NCBI GenBank assembly: GCA_964457085.1
Contig: CAYWDM010000004.1
Coordinates: 87,319-150,117 of the forward strand
DNA from: an uncultured Pseudomonadales bacterium
GTDB taxonomy: Bacteria > Patescibacteriota > Microgenomatia > UBA1400 > PJMF01
Direction of reading: 5' to 3'
DNA: 62,799 nt
Positions 35,128 through 42,422 of this stretch are shown in pieces. Position 1 is the first letter of the stretch; the number at the start of each line of letters is the position of its first letter. The position numbers and the translations under genes are program-made. The notes below the pieces were generated by a model. The model was given only the letters and a program-made list of their open reading frames with translations, was not told the DNA's origin and did not search any database.

Positions 35128-36189
35128 TTATTTTGAACGGCGAACTGCTTTAGTAATAGTACCAAAGATGCTAAAGAGACCATATCCAAGTAGCAACAGT
35201 ACCACAGCTCCAATACCAAGCAACTTCCAAGGTATCACCCAAAAACTAACCTGTGATTCAATGGGTACGTCGCGTTCACCATTGTCGTACACCATCAACA
35301 AATGAGCAGTATATTTACCAAATCTAATTTTACTCAGCTTGCTGACATCGTATTTCAAGCCAAATAGTTGACTGCCGTCCTCATTTTTAACATCTTTACC
35401 ATCAATAGTTTTGGCAGCGTATGTTGGAAAGCCATCATCCCAAACAACTTGATACTCTCTCTGTGAACCTGGCAACACCATTCTGGTGTTTGGATTAACC
35501 GGCAAAATTGCCACGTCCCGCTTCCCTTCACCGTCAATAAAGATCGTGCCGCTTGGAGGCACATGTACATTGCCACCATTTTTTACAGTAACAGTGAATG
35601 TCTCTGGTAAAAACTCAACCATTGGTGCTGTGACCGAGAAGTTTGTGACCTCAAGTTGCCGCTTCGCATTTGGCGAGTTAATAGTTGTCAACACCAAGAT
35701 CGCTGGCATCGCATTGACTGTTGTTTCAGTGTACTGTGTTTCACTTGCTCTGGTTACGATCACGCTGTAGTAGTGAGAGAGTTCAGCATATTCCGGTGGA
35801 CTAAATGTGACTGGAATGGTTTTCCATTCACCTGCTTCTACAGTAAATTCAGTTTCCGCAAATTTGAGCCACTGCAAATACTCTTCATCACCTTGGGGTA
35901 AAACCAATCTTGGTTTGCCGCCAGTTTCGTCAGCAGTGAAAGTAGCTAAGAGCAATTTTACTCGTTCAGCCATCACCCCATTATTACGAATTTTAATCTC
36001 GGTAGTAATTGATTTACCTAAATCGACTTCAAGGTTGAGGGTCACTGGAGACACTGTCGCGTTAAAAGGCTGCTGCTTTAGCACTTCTGGCTCTGCAGCA
36101 TTTACCAATTGAATTGCCGACAGTAAGAAGGCTACAACCAACAAACCTTGAGTAATTATTTTACGAAACTGTAATACGTTCACGTTCAA
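35128..36189 (-). CDS. Membrane-anchored two-domain beta-sandwich protein (DUF916/DUF3324-like architecture)
   Basis: Signal peptide, two beta-rich domains (NGGNVHVPPSGTIFI), a C-terminal TM helix (LLGIGAVVLLLLGYGLFSIFG) and a basic tail KAVRRSK. Confidence 0.6.
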   Translation of the reverse strand: MNVNVLQFRKIITQGLLVVAFLLSAIQLVNAAEPEVLKQQPFNATVSPVTLNLEVDLGKSITTEIKIRNNGVMAERVKLLLATFTADETGGKPRLVLPQGDEEYLQWLKFAETEFTVEAGEWKTIPVTFSPPEYAELSHYYSVIVTRASETQYTETTVNAMPAILVLTTINSPNAKRQLEVTNFSVTAPMVEFLPETFTVTVKNGGNVHVPPSGTIFIDGEGKRDVAILPVNPNTRMVLPGSQREYQVVWDDGFPTYAAKTIDGKDVKNEDGSQLFGLKYDVSKLSKIRFGKYTAHLLMVYDNGERDVPIESQVSFWVIPWKLLGIGAVVLLLLGYGLFSIFGTITKAVRRSK

Positions 36190-36222
36190 CTCCGATCCTG
36201 GGCAGGATATATAGTCTGGGTA

Positions 36223-37257
36223 TTAAAATATGCCCGCACCGACCACAGTGATGGTATCAGCATAATCTGAAGCTGCTTTTGTAACTCCAGAGATTGCAAC
36301 TCTTGGAATTAAGGTAATAATATCTCCAGAAGTTACACCATTAGCACTCGCAATTGGCTGATAGGTAGTACTTAATGTGCCGCCTGCAGCAGTTGTTAAG
36401 CCATTATATTCTGGATCAATAGTCACTGTGCCGCCACCACCAGCATCCGTGGTTAAATCAGTATCAAGCACGTATCCTTCGGTGCCAAAGGCAATTGTTG
36501 AAGGAGCAGCATCAATGGTTCCAGCTGTTGGAATTGTGTAAGAAACGTTGGTTGAAGTCAGACCGGCATTGGCATCTTTAGCCCATGCAATCCATCCTGA
36601 ACCTGCATTGGTGGTAATAGTAATGGCATTACCAGCACCTGAACTAATCGCACTACTTGAAAGTGTTCCTAGAGCAGCGGTTGTAGATCCCAGTGCAAAT
36701 GTAAATGAAGGTGGGACTGCAGCACTAACTGTGATTTGATCAGCAGTAATCGTAGGTACAGAGATTTCTTTAGTATCGTTGATTACAGGCACTGCATCTG
36801 TGGTAAATAGCGTATGTAATTGGGTGTTAGAAGCAGCTGGGTTCAAAATTAAACCAGTGCCAGTAATAAAGAAACCATAAGTTGTCGACGCTGTTAAGTT
36901 GGTGACGGGGAACGAGATGGTATTACCGGTGACATTACTTGCTGTGGCTATGCCAGGCATAGCAGTCACTCCAGCTGGCAAACCAGCAGTAGAAACCGTG
37001 TAATTTCCTGCGGTTGTGGTGAAATTTGTGGTACTCACCCATTCAGAATCCAAAGTGATCTTGAAAAGTGTCTCAGTGAATGTGACAGACGAAGTAGTGA
37101 AAACAACCAGCACACTTCCAGGTGCCTGACCTGCCTGCATTCTACTCGCCCTCATATATACGTTGCCTGCTGCTTGAGCTGCATCAGCTCGTTGGGGCAA
37201 TAAAAAAACCGCACACAAAATCACTAATAAAAGGGCAGAAAGTTTTTTCATAGTCAT
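36223..37257 (-). CDS. Secreted Thr/Ala/Gly-rich beta protein, tandem paralog B (candidate fibre/surface-layer subunit)
   Basis: 344 aa. Signal peptide, then AAQAAGNVYMRASRMQAGQAPGS. The mature part is Cys-free and ends in ASDYADTITVVGAGIF-COOH. Confidence 0.7.
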   Translation of the reverse strand: MTMKKLSALLLVILCAVFLLPQRADAAQAAGNVYMRASRMQAGQAPGSVLVVFTTSSVTFTETLFKITLDSEWVSTTNFTTTAGNYTVSTAGLPAGVTAMPGIATASNVTGNTISFPVTNLTASTTYGFFITGTGLILNPAASNTQLHTLFTTDAVPVINDTKEISVPTITADQITVSAAVPPSFTFALGSTTAALGTLSSSAISSGAGNAITITTNAGSGWIAWAKDANAGLTSTNVSYTIPTAGTIDAAPSTIAFGTEGYVLDTDLTTDAGGGGTVTIDPEYNGLTTAAGGTLSTTYQPIASANGVTSGDIITLIPRVAISGVTKAASDYADTITVVGAGIF

Positions 37258-37373
37258 TTTTTTACTTAGTTAATAGTCTCTTAAAACCTCAAGGTCTGTC
37301 AATATGTCGAAGTAGATCAATTTATATTTTAGTGCTGGTTACCTATACTTAATAAGTTTTTACAAACACATCA

Positions 37374-38405
37374 CTAAAAAACACCTGCCGCTACTACTGT
37401 CAATGTATCTGCATAATCAGATGCCGCTTCTGTTAGATTTGAAATTGCTACTCTAGGTACCAATGTAACAACATCAGAATTTGCGGCTCCCGTAGAAGTT
37501 GCAAATGCTTGAAATGTAGTACTCAGCGTACCACCCGCAGCAGTTGTGAGTCCGTTATATTCGCCTGCTATCGAAACGACACCGCCACCTGCTGCATCCG
37601 TAGTTAAATCTGCATCAAGCACATATCCTTCGGTGCCAAAGGCAATAGTTGAAGGAGCTGCATCGATCGAGCCTGCGGTCGGAATTGTGTAAGTAACATT
37701 AGTTGAGGTTAAACCTGCGTTAGCACTTTTTACCCACGCTGTCCAACCACTGCCAGCATTTGTGGAAATCGTGACAGTGTTACCGGCACCAGAACTAATA
37801 GCACTCGCTGTGAGTGTCCCCAATGCTGCAGTTGTTGATCCCAGTGCGATAGAAAAAGTTGGTAGTACAGTTGCAGTCACTGAGATTTGATCTGCAGTAA
37901 TTGTAGGGACGTTTACATCTTTAGTATCATTGGTCGTCGGCACTGCATTAGTGGTAAATAAGGTGTGTACTTGTGTAGTGGAAGCCGCTGGATTGAGAAG
38001 CAGGCCTGTTCCAGTAATATAGAAGCCATAGGTTGTTGACACCCCAAGTGCAGAAATCGGAAAAGAAATGGTATTACCGGTCACGTTGGTGGCAGTAGCC
38101 ACACCAGGCATGGCAGTCACGCCTGCAGGCAATCCAGCTACTGAAATAGTGTAGTTTGCTGGTGTTGTAGAGAAATTCGTAGTCGATACCCACTCTGAAT
38201 CAAGTGTCACTTTAAACAAGGTTTCAGCAAAAACCACAGACGAAGTGGTAAGCACCACCAACACACTGCCTGGAGCCTGACCAGCTTGCATCCGATCTGC
38301 CCTCATATACGAGTTACCTGCTGCCTGAGCTGCAAATACTTGCGTGGTACTTCCAAGAGCTAAGCAGACAAAAACTAACAGTAACAACACACGAAACTTA
38401 TGCAT
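37374..38405 (-). CDS. Secreted Thr/Ala/Gly-rich beta protein, tandem paralog A (candidate fibre/surface-layer subunit)
   Basis: The start was moved to MHKFRVLLLLVFVCLALGSTTQVFA (ATG at 38403-38405), because the 34-aa upstream extension of the tracked ORF has no counterpart in paralog B. Ends in ASDYADTLTVVAAGVF-COOH. Confidence 0.7.
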   Translation of the reverse strand: MHKFRVLLLLVFVCLALGSTTQVFAAQAAGNSYMRADRMQAGQAPGSVLVVLTTSSVVFAETLFKVTLDSEWVSTTNFSTTPANYTISVAGLPAGVTAMPGVATATNVTGNTISFPISALGVSTTYGFYITGTGLLLNPAASTTQVHTLFTTNAVPTTNDTKDVNVPTITADQISVTATVLPTFSIALGSTTAALGTLTASAISSGAGNTVTISTNAGSGWTAWVKSANAGLTSTNVTYTIPTAGSIDAAPSTIAFGTEGYVLDADLTTDAAGGGVVSIAGEYNGLTTAAGGTLSTTFQAFATSTGAANSDVVTLVPRVAISNLTEAASDYADTLTVVAAGVF

Positions 38406-38563
38406 AAAAAAAGTGATCTGGGCTATAAATATATCTATATAATACTGAGTTACATCCAACCAAGTGTCAATATATCTGAATAGATCAATTTTGATCTTAT
38501 TGATCAATCAGCCTTTTTTAGATTATTAATTCCCCTACAACTTGATTGCTGTACAATGTTGTA

Positions 38564-39973
38564 ATGCCCGCACTTGCTGCCCGAACCGAGGCAAAATTGC
38601 CTCAAGCTCCAAGTTTATTGTCGATGATTGGTCCGAGTTTTATCTTACTCGGTCTTGGACTAGGTAGTGGTGAGTTGCTGCTCTGGCCATACCTAGCTGC
38701 CCACTATGGCTTAGGTGTGATGTGGGCTGCAGCCGTCGGCATTACTTTTCAATACTTTCTCAATCTCGAAATCGAACGATATACACTCTCGACTGGCGAA
38801 AGTGTCTTCGTCGGTCTTACTAGAAGTCATGCTCGATTTGCTCCAATCTGGTTTTTATTATCTACAATAATTCCCTGGATTTGGCCGGGGATAATCTCGA
38901 TTTCAGCATTAATCATCTCGACTTCTCTACATCTAGGATCATTTCAACCTGTTGCCATCGTACTACTACTCAGCATTGCGGTGATTCTTACTAGCAGCTC
39001 GACTGTGTATCAAACAATGGAACGCTGGCAAAAAATTTCTTTAGGCATAGCAGTACCTTTTCTCATACTACTAACCTTTTCTATTGCCAAACCGGATGAT
39101 TGGCTGGCACTTTGGAACGGTCTGCGTGGCATTGGCGATGGATATTCTTGGCTACCACCGAAATTACCCCTATTCACATTACTTGGAGCACTTGCTTATG
39201 CTGGTGCAGGTGGGAATCTTAACCTAGCACAATCCTTTTATATTAAGGATAAAGGATACGGCATGGGACAACATGCAAATTGCTCAACTAGCCAAGTGAG
39301 AGGGCATCATCCCATCACTAAGATTCCACGAGTTGAGGGCTATTTTTTTAAGATTACCGAGTCATCCTTGCTAAGGTTCAAACAATGGTGGTGGCGTCTC
39401 ACCATTGAGCACAGCATAGTATTTTGGATAACAGGACTGGTGACTATGTTGCTTTTAGCCACCTTAGCCTTTGCTACCACAAAACAATATCAAGGTGTGC
39501 TGCCTAGCGGTACACAATTTCTATTTGTAGAAGCCAATCTAATCGCTGCTGGTACCCATCAATTTGTAGGAATTCTTTTCCTTAGCATAGTTGCCTTGAT
39601 GCTTTTCTCCACTCAACTTTCAATCGCTGATTCGACCAGTCGAATTTTAGCTGAGAACCTAGTGCTACTAAATAAAAAAGTCTTTAATCCAAAACAATTA
39701 CCTAAATGGTATAAACTTGCAGTTTGGGGCCAGGTGTTAGCTGGCTGCAGCATTTTACTATTTAAAATCACCGAGCCATTTATGCTAGTAACCTTGAGTG
39801 CGATTCTCAATGCTCTGTCTATGCTGGCCTATTCAATCATGTTGCTACGACTCAACACCACACAATTACCACCGCCTTTAAGACCAAGTTTAATACGTCG
39901 ACTCATCATCTTAGGATGCATCATTTTTCTCTCGATTTTTGCCATTCTCACTGTTTGGCAATTTTTAAACTAG
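38564..39973 (+). CDS. Nramp-related (APC-fold) membrane transporter-like protein
   Basis: About 470 aa with 11-12 TM helices. The N-terminus MIGPSFILLGLGLGSGELLLWPYLAAHYG parallels the Nramp TM1 region, but LGSGE replaces the DPGN motif. Start set at the ATG at 38564. Confidence 0.5.
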   Translation: MPALAARTEAKLPQAPSLLSMIGPSFILLGLGLGSGELLLWPYLAAHYGLGVMWAAAVGITFQYFLNLEIERYTLSTGESVFVGLTRSHARFAPIWFLLSTIIPWIWPGIISISALIISTSLHLGSFQPVAIVLLLSIAVILTSSSTVYQTMERWQKISLGIAVPFLILLTFSIAKPDDWLALWNGLRGIGDGYSWLPPKLPLFTLLGALAYAGAGGNLNLAQSFYIKDKGYGMGQHANCSTSQVRGHHPITKIPRVEGYFFKITESSLLRFKQWWWRLTIEHSIVFWITGLVTMLLLATLAFATTKQYQGVLPSGTQFLFVEANLIAAGTHQFVGILFLSIVALMLFSTQLSIADSTSRILAENLVLLNKKVFNPKQLPKWYKLAVWGQVLAGCSILLFKITEPFMLVTLSAILNALSMLAYSIMLLRLNTTQLPPPLRPSLIRRLIILGCIIFLSIFAILTVWQFLN

Positions 39974-40010
39974 CAGTTACACTTTCACTCGCTCATCAAT
40001 AGCCACCATT

Positions 40011-41246
40011 TCATCCATGTGCTAATTGATAGTGTTTATCCCCAAAAAAACCCGTGACCTCTGGATTAATTCGTGCTTGTTTAAGCAGAATACCTGAAGT
40101 GGCGGTAAATAATCCATACCGCTCATTGATGGCGGTTAAAGCTGTTTCAACTTTCTCTGTTTGTTGCCAACTTTCCCATAGCTCTGGCATGGTTTGACTC
40201 ATTGGTGTCAGCATTCCTAAATACACTCCAAACTTAATCACTCTAAAGTCGCGTCTCCATACCTTATACAAATTGTAATAAATCAGTTCAAACATTTCTT
40301 TGGTGTGCACAGTGTGATGAGACAGCGTCAGGTGCTTGCTCCAAGATTGTCCTTCACCCCAAAGTGAGACTGCCACAAACCTCCCTGCCAACTTCATTTT
40401 TCTAACCTTAGCTATGCACTCCAATACTAAGTTGTATAAAGTAGCCTTAATCACAGCCTCATCGTCACAAGCCTTCCAACCAGTAATTGAGCGACTGACA
40501 CTTTTTGGCAACTCAGCACTTTTATCTCCCCTGGCTAACATCGCTGGCTCCAAACCTTGACCAATTTTCCGCAGTTCCTGTGCCCAAAAAGGTCCCACCA
40601 CCTGTTGTAAGTCGCCGTCAGAAATAAAATTCAGTTGATACGGCACTCTCACTCCAAGCTTTTGCAGTTGCCTCTCGAGATTCCTACCAACCCCACAAAC
40701 ATCAGCAAAACTGGTTCTCGCCAGCAATACAGCTTCATCTTCAGCTTTAGTCCAGACTACCGAGCCCTTGGGAGAAGTCTCGCCAGTCATCTTAGCAATC
40801 AGCCGATTAGCACCAATTCCCACATTACAACTAACCCATTCACCCAACTCGCCATAAAGACGCTGTTGCAATAATTTACCCAGAGTAACTGGATTTGGGT
40901 GCAGGTTTCTAATTGGGTTCCACAGAATAAATGCCTCGTCTAAAGAAAAAACTTCTACATCTGGAGATACTGATCTAAAAACTTGATACAACCGCTTGGT
41001 AGCAGCCAAATAGGCACCAAAACGTGCTGGAGCCACTACTAACTTGGGACAGATATCCAGTGCCTCTTTCAGTCTAGTTCCGGTTTTAATCCCCAGTTTT
41101 TTTGCCTCCTTAGAGGTGGCAATCAAACAAGTGCGTCCTTCTTCCTTCACAATGCCAACTGGTTTCCCTCTTAAACTAGGAATTTCCTGCTGCAGCAAAG
41201 TGGCAAAATATGCATTCACATCAATATGTAGCCAGATTTCATTCAC
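40011..41246 (-). CDS. Y-family DNA polymerase (DinB/UmuC-like)
   Basis: GTG start preceded by GGAGG with a 6-nt spacer. IWLHIDVNAYFAT ... VFSLDEAF are the Y-family palm motifs. The tracked upstream extension overlaps the preceding gene. Confidence 0.85.
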   Translation of the reverse strand: MNEIWLHIDVNAYFATLLQQEIPSLRGKPVGIVKEEGRTCLIATSKEAKKLGIKTGTRLKEALDICPKLVVAPARFGAYLAATKRLYQVFRSVSPDVEVFSLDEAFILWNPIRNLHPNPVTLGKLLQQRLYGELGEWVSCNVGIGANRLIAKMTGETSPKGSVVWTKAEDEAVLLARTSFADVCGVGRNLERQLQKLGVRVPYQLNFISDGDLQQVVGPFWAQELRKIGQGLEPAMLARGDKSAELPKSVSRSITGWKACDDEAVIKATLYNLVLECIAKVRKMKLAGRFVAVSLWGEGQSWSKHLTLSHHTVHTKEMFELIYYNLYKVWRRDFRVIKFGVYLGMLTPMSQTMPELWESWQQTEKVETALTAINERYGLFTATSGILLKQARINPEVTGFFGDKHYQLAHG

Positions 41247-41484
41247 AGTACACCTCCAGTAGCCGCCATAAATCACTTTCGCGATTAAAATCGAGTCTAT
41301 ATACTGATGTGCCACTGCGGACACTATAGAAACGGTGCTTGGTCACACCATTTTTTTCATCAATAGCCAAAGTTACTTCTTCAACAACCCTGATTTGATT
41401 ACGCCACCTAAAACGCCTAGGTACAAACCCTCTTGTAGAAAAAGTACCCTGCACTTCAACAGGCTCATTAATCTGAGTAAACAT
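41239..41484 (-). CDS. 81-aa protein of unknown function coupled to the Y-family polymerase
   Basis: Its stop overlaps the polymerase GTG start (GTGAATGA). The basic, Trp-containing pattern RRFRWRNQ ... LWRLLEVY recalls small ORFs that accompany Y-family polymerases (DUF6504-like, from memory). Confidence 0.55.
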   Translation of the reverse strand: MFTQINEPVEVQGTFSTRGFVPRRFRWRNQIRVVEEVTLAIDEKNGVTKHRFYSVRSGTSVYRLDFNRESDLWRLLEVYCE

Positions 41485-41522
41485 AATACGTATTTCTTAA
41501 AATCTTTCTAACAGTGCTTGAG

Positions 41523-42104
41523 CTAACGATATTGGCGAACCACCGAACTCACCACTCCACGAATTAACAAATCTGTCTTTGGTCTAAACAGTGGATAGGC
41601 GCTATTGGCTGCTTCTAAATAAAAGCCTTCTTTGTCTTGACGAAGGTGTTTGAGCGTCAGCTCCTGATCAATCTCCGCCACCACAATATCTCCAGAATTG
41701 GGTTTTGCCGTAGCATCAACCACCACTTGATCTCCGGAAAAAATTCCGGCTTCGATCATCGAGTCGCCACGAACTTGCAATAAATAATATCTGCCCGCAT
41801 CAGCTAGGGCGTATTTCTCCAGTGATAGCCATGTTGCTTCCATTGTTGGAACCTCATCAGGATATCCAGCCTTGATTGAACCGAGGATGGGTAAAGCAAA
41901 AAACTGCTCTGCCGGAGCTAATTTGCCTCCAACCTGCTTCAAGAGGTATCCAGCTGCAACTAGATGCTCCACAATAGCAAAAGCAGCATTTTTAGAGGCC
42001 ACAGAAAAAACCTGCAGCATCTCCTGATAACTAGGCAAGCGACGATTGACAGCGTAAAAACGCTTTAATTGAGTGAGTCGAGAAAGTATGGCTGAACTGA
42101 ACAT
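41523..42104 (-). CDS. lexA: LexA-type repressor (wHTH plus S24 peptidase)
   Basis: The N-terminal wHTH (PSYQEMLQVFSVASKNAAFAIVEHLVAAGYL), an Ala-Gly cleavage site (SIKAGYP), the catalytic Ser in RGDSMIEAG and the Lys in LTLKHL. Confidence 0.8.
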   Translation of the reverse strand: MFSSAILSRLTQLKRFYAVNRRLPSYQEMLQVFSVASKNAAFAIVEHLVAAGYLLKQVGGKLAPAEQFFALPILGSIKAGYPDEVPTMEATWLSLEKYALADAGRYYLLQVRGDSMIEAGIFSGDQVVVDATAKPNSGDIVVAEIDQELTLKHLRQDKEGFYLEAANSAYPLFRPKTDLLIRGVVSSVVRQYR

Positions 42105-42120
42105 ACGTTCAATATAGCAC

Positions 42121-42134
42121 TGAACGACCGTTCA
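42121..42134 (-). promoter_or_regulatory. Candidate LexA (Cheo-type) operator upstream of lexA
   Basis: TGAACGACCGTTCA equals GAAC-N4-GTTC, the Gram-positive-type SOS box core. It lies 17-30 nt upstream of the lexA start codon. Confidence 0.65.
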
Positions 42135-42173
42135 ACGTCAAGCCTCAAAATATGTCAAAATTCCTGAAGAAAA

Positions 42174-42359
42174 CTAAACAGGTAAAGTGATTTGGTATAG
42201 ACGACCAAGTACAAAAGCTAACACTACCGAGCCAGCAATGACTATCAAAGCCAAGAGCTTGGTAAATGGAGTGACCGTAGTGAGTTCTTTAGGTAAAGTG
42301 CCAGGTCTAACAACCAAACGAGACACTTTTGAAGATTTAACTGGGGCAGTTTTTTTCAT
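42174..42359 (-). CDS. Small C-terminally anchored membrane protein
   Basis: 61 aa with one TM helix (LLALIVIAGSVVLAFVLG). No motif recognised. Confidence 0.4.
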   Translation of the reverse strand: MKKTAPVKSSKVSRLVVRPGTLPKELTTVTPFTKLLALIVIAGSVVLAFVLGRLYQITLPV

Positions 42360-42422
42360 ATCAACAATAAGTGTATCAAAAAAAGCACTGCAAAAACAGA
42401 CTTACGAAATGCAAATTTTTGC

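Larger units (their letters stand above)
36223..38405 (-). repeat. Tandem gene duplication (two ~1.03-kb copies plus duplicated upstream sequence)
   Basis: Both mature proteins are exactly 319 aa and align without gaps. Similarity is visible at the nucleotide level. The upstream regions share AATTGATCTAyTyCGAnATATTGACA. Confidence 0.85.

Noticed and set aside
32510-38405. Classical chaperone-usher pilus or sortase-dependent pilus
   Set aside because: There is no usher-sized (~800-aa) beta-barrel gene, no sortase, and no LPXTG-type motif in or near the locus. Only the subunit-tail and two-domain-protein analogy holds.
38406-38507. 34-codon N-terminal extension of paralog A (MINKIKIDLFRYIDTWLDV...)
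   Set aside because: Paralog B has no counterpart. The extension covers the sequence duplicated upstream of both copies (the TTGACA-containing block), and a normal signal peptide begins at the internal ATG at 38405.
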